This document shows positions 13,133-26,290 of a stretch of 64,000 nucleotides of DNA, in pieces. Within the stretch, counting starts at the first letter, position 1. Each line of letters starts with the position of its first letter. Source of the stretch: Camelus ferus (taxonomy: Eukaryota); NCBI RefSeq assembly GCF_009834535.1, contig NC_045707.1:53136001-53200000 (forward strand). Reading direction: 5' to 3'. Below the pieces are notes generated by a model. That model made no database searches, was not told the origin of the DNA, and was given only the letters and a program-made list of their open reading frames with translations. Both the position numbers and the translations under genes were made by a program.

Positions 13133-13878
13133 GTGATGGTCTGTCCGCACGTGGACCCTGCTTGGGATTCCTTCTCTTGGTCTTGCTCGCCCAGCGGGTG
13201 TCCCACATGCTGGGTTTGTGTGTTGGGACTTCACCTTGCCTCCTCTGCCTTACTCTCTTCCTTTCTCCTCGTTATGTCTGTCTGCTCAGGGCTATAAGTG
13301 GGATTCAGTGTGTGACTTTGTTTTTTGTTTCAGAATTGTGTAAAGAAGGAATTTCACTGAGTTAGGTTATTATCGAAACCAACTTTCCTCCCTAATTTAA
13401 TTTATAATTTTTCATATTCTTTTGAAAGTAATGGAAATTGATTTCTTGTGTTTATGCCAGTAAACACACACTAGCTAAATGGGACAGTGATTACGAGGGT
13501 AACATAATCAAGAAGGGGAAATTATTCCAGCATCTTAAAAAACGAAGAGTGTGTGCCACCTACTCATGTAAAGGTCATTTAATTCAAGTGATGGGGTGCA
13601 TATATGACCATCTGTTTTGTGAGTTGTAATTTAATTCCCCAGTTACTGTTGTAAATGCTGTTCTAGCTTCCATTTGATTACCGCGGCAAGAAACAGATTT
13701 GTGTTCGGTAGTGCACACTTGGTCCTATGGGATCCAGCACGCAGTGTGATGGGCTGAGGACACGTCTCTTTCCTGGGGACGTCCTAAGTGCGTTGCCTGC
13801 ATGGTGCGTGTGAGTATGTGAGCGTGTGTGTTTGCACGTGTGTGTGCACACACGATACCATTTTACTGTATTGGTCTT

Positions 13879-14518
13879 TTTGTTGTTTTATTTAATTTTT
13901 TTTTTACAGTCCAGGTTTTTTTTTTTTAACATTTTTTTATTGAGTTATAGTCATACAATGTTGTGTCAAATTCCAGTGTAGAGCACAGTTTTTCAGTTAT
14001 ACAGGAACATACATATATTCATTGTCACATTTTTTTTCACCATGAGCTCCCACAAGATCTTGTATACATTTCCCTGTGCTATACAGTATAATCTTCTTTA
14101 TCTTTTCTGCATATGCCTGTCAGTATCTATGAATTTTGAACTCCCAGTCTGTCCCTTCCCATCCGCCGTCCCCTTGGCAACCACAAGTTTGTATTCTATG
14201 TCTATGAGTCTGTTTCTGTTTTGTATTTGTTCTCTTTTTTTAGATTCCACATGTAAGCGATATCATATGCTATTTTTCTTTCTCTTTCTGGCTTACTTCA
14301 CTTAGAATGACATTCTCCAGGAGCATCCATGTTGCTGCAAATGGCGTTATGTTGTCAGTTTTTATGACTGAATAGTATTCCATCGCGTAAATCTACCACT
14401 TCTTCATCCAGTCATCTGTTGATGGACATTTAGGCTGTTTCCATGTCTTGGCTATTGTAGATAGTGCTGCTGTGAACATTGAGGTGCAGGTGTCTTTTTG
14501 AAATAGGGTTCCTTCTGG
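13879..14518 (-). mobile_element. 5'-truncated lineage-specific L1, antisense in CCDC138 intron, with 15-bp TSD
   Basis: TACTGTATTGGTCTT at 13864-13878 and 14519-14533; poly(T) tail at left; L1 3' UTR/ORF2-end motifs (catccatgttgctgcaaatggc, ccatgtcttggctattgta). Confidence 0.9.
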
Positions 14519-14904
14519 TACTGTATTGGTCTTAACTGTCTCACCAAACAAAGTTGTATACATTGCCAGGGCTGTTCACGCCCCTGTCTTCTCACAGCGT
14601 GTTTGCTTTGCTGTTTGTGTCATGCTTTCTGAGAAAGGTTGGCTGGAGGCTCACTTTCAGCCATAGAAGGCTAGACTCATAAAACTGAATGAAACTGTTT
14701 TATCTTCCTTCCAAAATAGTCTTCTCGTTTTCCCTCAGGTAATTTATAGTCTATTTTTGTTGACTTCCAATCTGTGCTCAGTGCCCCACTCTGTGCCGTT
14801 GGTGAAAAGTAGTGTTCCTGCCACTCTCCCATTCACTTAGTCAACACCTGCTGACGGATTTTAATATTCTAGTTTTAACAATTGTCTACTTGCGTGTACT
14901 TTTT

Positions 14905-16060
14905 AAAACATTAGGCTTTTTACTTTGAGATAATTGTAGGTTTGCTTGTAGTTGTGAGGAGTAATATGGAGATCGCCGGTACCCCCGCCCCCGAGGTAGC
15001 ACCTTGCAGGACTCGCATGGTTTCACAGCCGCAATACCGGTATGACTGTGGTCCAGGTGACAGAGCGGTTCCACCACCATAAAGACTGCTCACACTGCTT
15101 TGTTTTAATGTATAGACTATATTTTTTCAGAGCAGATTTAGGTTCACAGCAAAATTGAGCATTGAGATTTCCCATATACCCCGCCTCCACACACACACAG
15201 CCTCCCCCACGACCGGCCCCACCTGAGGGGACATCTGTCACAGTCAATGGACACACACTGACAGCCACTGCCTGCAGCCTTGCCTCCCTCAACCCTGGCT
15301 CCTGGAAGCCTCTCACCACCCCCTGTCCGCATGGTCCACACGGAACGTCGTGGTTGGGGTCGTGCAGCAGGCACCCTCAGATGGGCTTTCTCCTGGCCAC
15401 GTGTATTTAAGGCTCCTCCACGTCTTTTCACGGCTTGACAGCTCGTTTGCTTTTAGCTCTGAATGCTATTCCACTGTCTGGATGGACCCCGGTTGGTTTA
15501 TCCATCACCTCCTGAAGGCCGCACCGTCCTTTCATCCCTTAATCGCCCCCCACCCCATAATTGTGACTCAGGCGAAGGGATGGGTCTGCCGTGTCGCCGC
15601 ACCAGTGCCCTCCTGGAGGCACCCCTCCTACCGTCTGCTGGACACAAGCTGCTTCCCTGTCCCTCGTCTTCGAGTCCTGATGTTCCCCCATCCCTGAGGG
15701 ACGTCCTCTCTGGATCCCGGATTTGGGAGCACATCTCCCTTGCCCACTCCTGTTAGTCAGTTTCCATGCTTTATAGTAAGAAATCTGCTGTCATTTGAAT
15801 TGCTTTCCTGTATGTGTCCATTTCGCTATCATTGTGTTCAGGTTTTCCCTTTTTCTTCAGTTTTCGTAAGTTTGTGGTGCGTCTTGCTGGGCTCTGGATT
15901 TACCCTGTTTGGGGCTCTGTCAGCCTCCTCAACCTCTGGACAGTTTTTGCCAAATGTCAGGTTCTCAGCCTCTGTCTCTTCAGGTATTTCTTCAGCCCGT
16001 CTGGCTTTTCTTCTCCTGTGTAAGTCCTGTTCTCCGGTTGTTGAGAACGTGGTAGACAGG
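14905..16060 (-). mobile_element. Cluster of old antisense L1M fragments
   Basis: actttgagataattgtagg, tatagactatatttttt-cagagcagatttaggttcacagcaaaattgagc, cagtttttgccaaatgtcagg...tcaggtatttcttc; boundaries approximate. Confidence 0.55.
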
Positions 16061-17366
16061 GTCAGTGTTGTCCGTGACATGCCCTCATCGCAGCTGGGCG
16101 GGCCCCCTGTCCTGTGCCAGTGCTGGGGTTCCCATCCTGGCGGAGGTGGGCCCCCGGGGAGGGCAAGGTGTCGGCAGAGAATTCAGAACAGTCAGATGCC
16201 ACATTTGTTTCACGTGAAGGGAGACGTAACAACACACGTTCTAGGAAGAAAGTGTGCTTCCCGTTATAAAGGGTGGTATCAGGTGTCACGTAATGTTTGA
16301 ACATCAGAGAGTCCACTTAGCTCTGTCTTTCTAGTGGGCTCGCTCTGCGTGCGGTTTGAAGTGTTCCCTTCTACCGCCTCTTTTGTAAAACACAGACGCA
16401 TCACCTTCTCCTGGTGACAGTAGAAGCTCAGTGGCGATGCGGGTAACCCAGCTGGCACCGCGCGCGCCCCTCTCCACCGGGTCGTTTGGCCTCTGGCGTC
16501 CGGGAAGCCTCAGTTTGTCTCTGACTTATGTGCAGAAATTCTGCAGCGGACACTTGTCACCCACCTTGCAAGCTCAGTGCTGATTTGGGTACAAGTTGGA
16601 AGAAACCCTCACAAATGGGGGAAGCCATTGTAAAACTTGGTGACGAGGGTTTGGGGGATTGGTCTGTAATAAAAGGGATTTTAAATTATTTCTGAGCCTG
16701 GCTGAAGTGCTCGCATCTGCAGCAGTTTGGATGGTTTTCCTGTGTTGTTCTTAGCGTGTTTGTGCAACTCCAAAAAGCCTGTGCTGTTTTAGAGGCAGTC
16801 ATGGCCATCATTTCTGTTTTTCCCATTTTCTTGTTTTAGTTTGTTTGCCATGAGAATTATCCATGATTCTAAGCCAGTGTTTTATCTTTCTGAAGGTGTT
16901 AAAATTTATCAAAATCACCGTGACATTTACAGTCTTCCTGAGCTTTGAAAGCAGTGAGGCCCTGGCGGGCACCTTGTAAACCAGCCCTTCAGGTGCGCCT
17001 GCTGGGCCCTTTCCCAGTGGTGGGAACGGAAGTGGCAGGACAGCGCAGAGCCCACGAGCCTCCCTCTGTCCTCTTGACTGCTCTGCGTCAGGAATCTGGT
17101 CTCAGGTCTTCTCCTAATTTTATTATTAGGAAATGACTGTTTCTAATGTCTTAATTCTGCTTATTTCTTTTAGAGAAATATGTAGTTGCAAATAGTTTTT
17201 AATTGATTTTAAAATTATTGCCTTTTGATCTTGCATATTTTCCCCTCCATTTAATTTTTTTAGTTAGCAGAAGATTGGCTATTTTTAGTTAATATATTTG
17301 TACTATTCAAAATACATATTTTCTGAACATGAATAAGTGTACTAAGATAGTACCTGTTTTTAACAG

Positions 17367-17559
17367 CACTCGACTCTGACGTCAACACTGAGGAGACTGG
17401 GTGAAGACATATTCAAAGGCGTAGCAGCTAAGGGAGTGCAGGAGAACTCTGTGGTGCATTCGGTGGAGAGCAAACCAAGGACAGCCGCTTTCTTTAAGAG
17501 TTCCAGTCTGCCTCTGAGATTTTTATCCACTTTAATTGTTCTCAAGACAGTCACTCAAG
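17367..17559 (+). CDS. CCDC138: CCDC138 coding exon
   Basis: ttttaacAG|CAC...CAAG|GTaagc; 193 nt, phase 0-1; HSTLTSTLRRLGEDIFKGVAAKGVQENSVVHSVESKPRTAAFFKSSSLPLRFLSTLIVLKTVTQ. Confidence 0.95.
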
Positions 17560-17854
17560 GTAAGCGTTCAGATGTGCGCATGGAATAGCGTCCTGTGAGC
17601 AGCTCCACGGTGAAGCCGCGTACACGCAGTCACACACAGTCCACGGTGCCTCACGTTTTCACAGTCAGATTTCAGGTTGTGCTGTGATGGTGGCACATTG
17701 TAAAAAACTCGTCTAATTGCAGAATTTGAGAAAATGGTTGGTTGGGTTGCTGCCCCTCCCAGAAGCTTTGCTGACTCACGTTCCCATAAAAACCTTCGCC
17801 GTCGCCGCACCGCGTGGGACGCGGCACTGAAGCGGCCTGTTTTCCCTTTTGCTT

Positions 17855-18075
17855 GAGCAGGTGCTGGCAAACTGGAGCCCCTGGGCCGCATGTGCCCACC
17901 CCCATCTCATAAGCACAGCTCTGCTTGGGCACAGTCTCCGCAACCTTTGTTTGCTGTTGTCCACAGCTGCTTTTGCTTTGCGACAGCAGAGTGGAGTGGC
18001 TGGTGGCAGAGACCACGAGCCCCTCCAGGGCCTGTGGTGTTGTGATGTGCCCTTCACGGAGGAAGCCTGCCAGGC
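17855..18075. mobile_element. MER58-like DNA transposon remnant
   Basis: caggtgctggcaaact...ctgggccgcatgtgcccacc...gctgcttttgctttgcgacagcagagtggagtgg...gcccttcacggaggaagcctgcca. Confidence 0.6.
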
Positions 18076-18809
18076 CCACAGCTAGTTTGTAAGGTTGCCG
18101 CTGCCCCCCAGCACCCAGCCCAGCACTCAAGGTATAATAGTGAGCCAGGGGATGACTGAGTTGAAAATGTTCCGTCAGAGGTGGCCATTCTTAGTGCAGT
18201 TTTGATGTACAGTAAGTAGTTATTTTTTCAGGTTATTAAATATGAGAATTTTTGTTGCAGGTAAGCGATGTCAGCGTAGCCAGACAGTAAACAGACCATC
18301 TTTCTGTGTTCCCTGTTTGTTAAATTTTATAACTCAGTCTGGTGGCTTTTTAAGTGCACAGCGGCAGTTAATTTGATTACTGTCTCTGAGGCACATTCTC
18401 TTTACTTACCCCTGACTATAAGGAATTTAAGAGAAGGACAAAATTGTAACTCTGAGTTACTTTCTCCCTCATGGCTGTGGTTCCCAGAGTTACAGCAGAC
18501 AGAGCGGTGACTGGTTGAGAGGGCGTTTGTGAGGAGAGGTGTTGCCCAGATTGCAGCTCATCTGCACCATGGCACCATTTGATGAAACGCAACACTCACT
18601 GCTAATAAAACAGGAAGTGGAGATACTAAAAAGGGAGAGTGCAGTGCCCCCGTCCCCACTTCTGTGCGATGCAGTGTTGGACCTGCTGCCCGCAGGGAGC
18701 CGTGGACGGAGGGTGGGTGACTCTGGGAAGGAAGAGGGGCAGCTGTTGCTTCGCGGACGCTCTGTAAATTGGAGAGATTTGCTGACTGTGACGCGCTGCG
18801 GTCTGAGTG

Positions 18810-19110
18810 CTGGTGTCCCCTGGGAATCACACAGTGAGGTCCTCAGCGCAGGGAGGTGGTGTCAGGAGGTGGGCCTTGGGGGCGGTTGGTTGGGGTGGTG
18901 GGATTGGTCTGCCCCCCGATGCAGGAGGCCGCAGCTCCCTGGCCCCTAGTGAGGACACGACCGAGGCACCGTCTGAGAGGCGGGAAGAGGACTCGCCGGA
19001 CACCAGGGCCACTGGCGCCGGGGCCTCGGACCGGAGTCTCTGGAACTGTGGGCGATGCTTTCTCTGGTCTGTGGGGTTTTGTTACAGCAGCTCAGGGACC
19101 ACCACGTGAC
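18810..19110. mobile_element. MaLR (MLT1/MST-like) solo LTR remnant
   Basis: gtcccctgggaatcacacagtgaggtcctc...ggaggtgggccttgggg...gtgaggacacga...ttttgttacagcagctca. Confidence 0.55.
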
Positions 19111-21222
19111 TGTTTCGGAAAGTGAGCTCCAGAGGAGATTCACAGAAGTCTGTTGATTTTGACTGTTGTCACCACTGTATGACCCCAGTGCAGCTGCCAT
19201 GACCAGAGCGTAGCTCCTGCGACCTGAGCGTAACTGTCGGGACTGTCAGTTAATAAATAGAAAAAAGAAATTCTGTTCAGGTGACAAAGCCAAACATGTG
19301 AAATGTGGGTATTAGTCTAATACGATGCCTGTAAAACATCTCCCTTGTGAGTAAATGGAACGTGAGTGAAGATTAGGTAAATAAGGGTGAGTGAGCAGGC
19401 TAATGAGATTATCTCTGAAGTTAAATGGCAGAAATACAGGACTTTTTTCTTCTTACCTGGGCCCAGAGGGCTCAGCCATCTCTGCTGCGTCTGTGTGTCA
19501 CCATCACTGGCTGGCCCGGGTGCACAGGGTGAGTGGTCACTGCAGAGTGGGGTGTGGAGCCGGCCATGTGCACTTGATAGGGCGAAGATTACCGTTGAAT
19601 GCCAGGGCATTTTCGAAAGACTCAATAATACAGCATATTGGTAAAAAGAAACCAGAGTTTTGGTACAACTGGTAACTAAATTTTTTAAAATACGCTTTTT
19701 GAAGTTAAATTGGTCTTGTTTTTAGAAAACAAGCCTTCACTATTAGGGAAATTAAAGTAAGGATGTAATAAGGCCACTTTAAATAAATAACCAAACACCA
19801 TTTTTCTACATGCCCGCCCCACTGATAAAGGACTGTTTTGTGAGTTTGCAAACTTTCTATAGCGTGTAGCACCCATCCTGTTTAATCTGAGATGTCATCA
19901 CTGAGAAGGGAGGGACTTGTGTCAAACCCCGCAGGCGGCTCTGTGGTGAAAGCGTTTGCTCCCGGGCGCGGCTGCCCTGTGCTCTTCTCCCTGAGCTACT
20001 GCCGAGTGCAGGGGGGTCCCTAAGTGACGCAGGTCCGAAGAGAATCCAGCAGCTTTGCTTAACCTAGATGCACATTTAGTTTGCAATGTTTTATTTCATT
20101 AAACTACGAAAATTAAGTACAGCCATGCTCCTTGAGCTGGATCCTACCAGAAGTGAGAATGAGGTGCATTGTGGCTTGTTGCAGAGGCACCGATCTTGGT
20201 TTCTAAAAGTTCTTTCACGTGTATTTTAATTTCACACAGGTTATTTCCAGCTTCTCATTCTTAATAATTAGGGTTTTAAATTATTTCTTTAGTTTATGTA
20301 AGCTGGGACAGCAAAGAAGAAATGCAGCGTGAGGCCAGAAGACTGAATTTTAATGATGACTCTGTCGTATTTTCAGGGTATTTCAGGGCTCTCTTGAGCC
20401 TTTTTTAAACAGAACTCTGAGTGGAAGGATTAACTCACTGGGACGTGAACAGCTCTGTACCTTCGCGTTCTGAGTGGAAGGGGCCTCAGAAAGCTGGCGT
20501 GTTGGACCATGAAGAGCGCAGGGTGCGCAAGGGCGAGGCTGGAAGTGTGGCTCGTCTGCACTGATTCCAGTCACATTAGTGCTTCCTGGGCGTCTGAGCG
20601 CCTGGGACGAGGCGCCGGGGACCCGGGTCTGGCAGGGCCGTCCTTGCCTTGGCCCCAGGGAAACACGGCCCCGTCCCTGCTGGTGGGCGTCACGGGTGAC
20701 ACCCCACAGCACTCATCCTCCAAGGCCGGCTCTGAGTGCAGTGTGCGACCTCCGTCAGGGTCACGGGCCCCCGAGTGGAACCCTTTGGGCGAGTTTGTAT
20801 GAAGTTACGTTCTGAAATAGGTAAACACCTAGGAAGCAGCGGGACCTCAGAAGCGGTTGTGAAGGCGGAAGCACCGGTGCTGTTTAAATTTTGGAAGCAG
20901 GCGGTAGTTACAGTCGCATGTGGAGAAGTAACGTCACTTGTGGTATTTACTGTTAGTGACTGTTCTCTTTCTTGATATGAAAAAGAAATGGTGTTTATTG
21001 TTATTTTGGTGTTAAAAGATGGAAATCCTGAAAGAGACATGCCCTGTCGTGATGTCATTTCTCCCCCATTTGAGTTGTAATGTCTGCATTTAGCCCGTAA
21101 TCCCCGATCAGGTGATTTTTCTTTTCCTCCTGAACCTGCTGGAGTGACAGTGTCCCCTTCACCTCCTGTGTCTCACCCCGCTGACCACTGACATGGCCGT
21201 TGGTTTACTCGCTGTTTTTCAG

Positions 21223-21399
21223 CTGACTTCCTGGCTCGGGCATTCGATTCTCTTTGTGTGGACTTGAAGACAGAGGAAGGAAAAGCCTTGTTTTTGGAAT
21301 ATCAAGCTGTTCCAGTGATACTAAGCCACCTAAAAGTATCCAGTAAAGGACTCCTGTCCAGTGTCATCGATAGTTTGCTTCAGATGACAGTGGAATCTA
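21223..21399 (+). CDS. CCDC138: CCDC138 coding exon
   Basis: gtttttcAG|CT...TCTA|GTaagt; 177 nt, phase 1-1; (A)DFLARAFDSLCVDLKTEEGKALFLEYQAVPVILSHLKVSSKGLLSSVIDSLLQMTVES. Confidence 0.95.
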
Positions 21400-24089
21400 G
21401 TAAGTTTGCAGTTTCGTACACACAGAGGAGTGACGGTGGGTGACTTTTCTCATCTGTTCTGAAAGCAACCCTACGCATCAGGCGCTGTTGCATTTTGTAG
21501 TGTAAGGGCTAAAAAGATTTTCGACAGCCCTGTCTAACCCTCTGTCTACGTTGTCACTAACCCCACGTGGGTCCCAGGGGTCATCTCAGTTGTGGGCTTG
21601 GCTCTGCCAGCGTCCCTCCTGTTTCTCTCGGGGCCACCTCCTCTGTTCTCCTTGGTCTCATCTGTGACAGAGCACACTGCAGGCCCATGTGCTGGTGGGG
21701 GTGAGGCCTCGGGGAGGGTGAGGCCAGCCCTGTCCTGCCCTGGCCCCGCAGCCCCCCTGGCCCAGTGTAGGACGCAGGGCCGCCGTTAAGTTCTCATGGT
21801 TCGGCTCTGGATTTCGTTCTGCAGTCGGCGGCGTTCTCCCGTTGCTCTGTGCTAGTCTAACAAGCCCCTCTGCCTTGTCCTAGTGGGCCTGGCATGGCCC
21901 GGGAGGTGGGGGCGCCGAGTGTGATCTCTCCGTCTGCTCCGCTTGGCAGTGGTGGTGGCCCCTCGAGTCACGCGTTGGCTGGGAGCGCGTAGCCTCAGCA
22001 GCCCTCGTCCCCGTGCTATGCCCTCCGCCCGCCGCGGTGCTTCCAGGGGGGCTGCTGCTGCCTTCCCAGAGGTGGGGCCGCAGCCGGGAAGCCCTGCTCT
22101 GCGCGGGGGTGAGTGATGGGGCCCAGGGAACTGGTCCTGGGCCCCGCGGCCGGGCGACCTGGAGTTCGGGCGTGACACTGGGCTGTGGGTCCTGGAGGGG
22201 CGATGCGGGGAGCACCTCTCCCTGGTGGAGGTTTGCTCCTGCCCCAGAGTCCATCTGTTTCCTGTGACGGACTTTATAGTGTTTCTTGCTATTTGTCACT
22301 TGTGAGACAGACATTAGACTGCCCATGGGCATCTGGCCACCAGTAAGCAAGCTTGAGGCTTTGGATCTTGATTCACTACATCAGGTATGGAGCAAAAAGT
22401 GAAAAATGGGTAAACTGAGACATGGTATCTCAAGATTACTGTTTATTTAGGTTGGCAGAGTTCCGTCTAGTGTCACGGTTTTTTGGTGTGGTTGTTTTTT
22501 GTTTTTTGTTTTTGTTTTTTTGAGGAAAACAGAAATCTTTCAGATGTCGATGTCTGTCCTTCAGAGCAGATCTGCCCGCGTGTGTCTGTCAGAGACAAAT
22601 CACCCTGCAGCCAAAGGTGGCTGCAGGCACCTGCGCGAGACTGCGGGCCGCCAGGGCCCTGCCCTAGCCGCACTCACACCCGGGCTCACCCTCTGTCACC
22701 CACTGAGGAGATGGCTGGGGAGCTGCGCTATTCTCAGTGTTGGGGAACTTTTGGGAGATCTTTGATGATACTGGACTGAGTTTATCTATTTGCTGGGTAT
22801 ATTTTCTACTTTTACTGTAAGTCTGGTACCTGGTGTTTGCCAGTGAAATTTGTTGAAGGAGTGAATGAGTGATGGATCAAAATGTAGCCAGTACTTCACC
22901 GTTGGTTTTATGTTCTGTTTTTGTAAACTCATTTCACTATATACATACTTTCCACATGCTGTTTTTTAAGTTCACAGGGAAAATTGTTGGAAAAGAAACC
23001 TCGGTGGAATTGGTCTGCAGGTGGCTTGTCTCCTCAGCGTTTGGGTGCTGGTGGCCCGTGTGAGGTGCCGGGTCTCAGGCCTCCTCTGAGCCCGTCTGGG
23101 GCCTTGAGGGGCTGGAAGGAGCTGCCAGGGGGCCTGAACTCCAGCCCCGGGCCTCCGGGGGCCGGACTGGCTCCCCGGGAGCCTGCACAGAAGGCAAACC
23201 GGGTAGTGACTTGACAGTAGTTTCATGTTGGTTAACTCCAGTGATAATTTAAAACATTGGACTTGAATTTTGTATGTTTATTTCCTTTTCTGGTGTTTTT
23301 AATGGTGTTGTAAGATGGTAAACTGAGACACCTTGTAGTTGAAAAGGTTATTGGATTCACAGGGGCAGCACCTAGACCATCGGGGTCAGGGTCAGGGTCG
23401 GGGCTGGGGCCCGCGGCGGAGCCCAGGCAGGGTGAAGAGGAGCCGCGCGGGTCCGCCGCGGCCGTCTCCGCACTCGGCTGTCAGGACGGCCATCCTTGTT
23501 CTTGTTCCACAGGCCCGAGTGCGGCTTGGGTGTGGGTGGCTGTGACCTGGAGGCCTCCTGGTGGGTTCTGCTGTCATGTGCATGTGGAGAGTGACGGCCC
23601 TCTGTGCTGGGTGGGACTCGGGAAGCCTGGGGGCCCGGCGTCCGCTCCCAGCCCCAGGTCGGAGGGGCGGCCGGAGCCCCGCTCGGGTCCCCGCGTGCTG
23701 CGAGGACGCCCTGCCGTGAGCGTGGACCCAGGTCTGTGCCCTCAGCGTGTCCTGAGTGCGGGCTCCTGGGCGGAGGGCTTCTGCTTGCAGCCGTCTGGGC
23801 GCAGCCATGCATGGCCGGTTGTGTGCTTACAGAAAGGCTGTGGTTTCTGGTTTTCCCTCCTGTCGCTGGTGAAGCCCTTACTCACTGGTTTAGCTGTGTG
23901 AGAACTTGAGTCTTACTTTGTTTCAAAGAACACTTTCCTTTTCTTGTCAGGCATAGTTCAAGTAGAAAGATTTGAGTTTGTGTCTAAGTAAAATTTATTT
24001 CTGTTATAAAAATAATAGAAATTTGGAAAACTACAAACTGGCAAAAAACCAAAAAGCTTTATTATCCAGATATATATACATTTATTTAC

Positions 24090-24270
24090 AAGCTTGCGTC
24101 ACTTAATTGTACTTTGCAAATATTTCACTTTCTTGCAAGTTGAAGGCCTGTCATGGCCCTGCCTCCAGCAAGTCTGTTGGCGACGTCTGCTCACTTTGTG
24201 TCTCTGTCACGATTTGGTAATTCTCCCAACATTTCAATCTTTTTCATTATTGTTGTGTTTGTTATGGTTC
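24090..24270. mobile_element. Tigger1-like DNA transposon fragment
   Basis: caagttgaaggcctgtcatggccctgcctccagcaagtctgttggc...gctcactttgtgtctctgtcacgatttggtaattctcccaacatttcaatctttttcattatt matches recalled Tigger1 terminal region. Confidence 0.65.
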
Positions 24271-24979
24271 AAACAGTGCTTCTCTCCACAAACTTACTTA
24301 TAAAAAAAGCTCATGTGCACATGTAGGAGCTTATTTGGGAGAATAGACCTGAAAGTGGAATTGTTAGATCAAAAGAAAATTTCTTAGATTACAAGAATGA
24401 CATGGAGTAAAAAGTGGGTAAAATAACAAAGGAAAAGGAACAGGAGAGCCAGAGAGGCGGTCACAGAATTCCTGAGTCCTGTGTTTTGTTTGTTTTCTGC
24501 AACTTGCTCTTTCCTAACTGCCTGTTGCCGGAACCTCAGGTCATGGCCGGGGTTGGGGGGGGCAGTGGGAGGGGGGCTTGGGTGGCCCTGCCCCTAGTGC
24601 ACCAGCAGGGGAAGGGGCCCTGGTGCCCAGACAGCAGCACCGCCTACAGGGGACCCTGGGCTGGTGCTGGGCCGCCCGGCTCGGGGGCTGATGCCCAACA
24701 TGGTTCGGGGGCTTCAGGGTGTAATGTTCGGAATTTGAGGACACCTGTGTAGACACCTTCTCTGAAGTTTAATCCTGGACAGGTGAAAAGCAGATTTGTT
24801 TTTTCTTGTTCTCTAAAGTATTTTAAAAATGCCATCCACACATCACTTTAGTTTTTTTCTTCATTTATTTTGAAATAGTTTTATTTTTAATTATGGTTAA
24901 AAACACAAATAGTTGACCATGTCAGCCATTTTTAGGTGTGCCATTTGTTACCGTTGAGGGCATTCACACCATCATGTAG

Positions 24980-26290
24980 CCACCCCCCTCACCCTCCACT
25001 GTCTCCCTCCATGCCAGCCAACCCCCTCCACACCCTCCCACCTTCCTTCATTGGAGATGTCACCTGCCATCTCCCACCATCTTCCACCATCCCTTTTTTA
25101 CCCCCTCCATCCCTTGTTATCCCCACAATCACAGCCATCCCCTCCATCCCCATCTATTCTCAGCCATCACTCACCATCCCCCTTTCATCCTAGCCATCCC
25201 CCTCCATCCCTCATTATCCCCGCCATCCCAGCCATCACCTCTATCCCCCGTCTTCCACCATCTCGCTCGCCATCCCCTCCATCCCTATCCCCCGCCATCC
25301 ACACTGTCTTTTCCATTCCCATCATCCCCCTCCTACCCCCACCATCACCGCCATAACCTTCATCCCCCTCCCTACCGCATCATCCCTTTCCATCCCCCAT
25401 CATCCCTCTTTCATCACCTCCATCCCAGCCATGCACTGCCATCCCCCACATTCCCTCCATCTCTTCCATCCCCTTCCATCACAGCCATCTTTTCCATTCC
25501 AGCCATCCCCCACCATCCCCTCCATCCCCACCATCCCCCTCCATTCCCAGCCATCTTAGCTATCCTGTGCCATCCCCTCTATCCCAGCCATCCCCCGCCA
25601 TCCCCCGCCATCCGCAGCTATCGCACACTATTCCCTCCATCCCAGGCAGCCCCACCATCTCCCACCAGCCCTCTCCATCTCCTTTGCCATCCTTGCCATA
25701 TCCTCCATCCCAGCCCCCTCTATTCTCAGCCATCCCCTGACATTCCTCACCATCCATGCCATCTCGCATCATCCCCCCACTATCACAGCCACCATCCCTC
25801 CATTGCCTCCATTCCCAGCCACCCCAGCTCTCCCACCATCCTAACCATCCCCTCATCATCCCCATCTTTCTCTTCTATCCTTTTTTCATTCCCCCTCCAT
25901 CCTTCGTCATCCTTCTTTCACCCACGACATCCCAGCCATCTCCCACCAACCTCTCCGTCCTCCTCCATCCCTGGCCATCCCAGCTATCCCCCGCCATCCC
26001 TTCCAACCCCCCCAACCCCCTCCATTCCGCACCATACCAGCCATCCCCCTCCCTACCCCACCATCTCTTCCATCCCAGCTCTCCCCCACCCCCCCACTAT
26101 CCCAGCCATCCCCCTCCATCCCAGCTAGTCCGCACCATCCCCCACTACCCCCTGCATCTCCTTGGGCAGCCCCCACCATCTTCCTCCACCCCAGCCATCC
26201 GCCACCGTCTTTCACCATCCCTCTTTCATCCGCTCCATACCCCACTATCCCAGCCATCCCCCGCCAACTCCTCCATTCCCCTCCAGGCCC
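24980..26290 (+). repeat. ~1.3 kb degenerate C-rich simple repeat (CCATCCC / CAGCCATCCCC units)
   Basis: Continuous ccatcccc/cccagccatccc/cctccatccc units, very few G on + strand. Confidence 0.9.
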
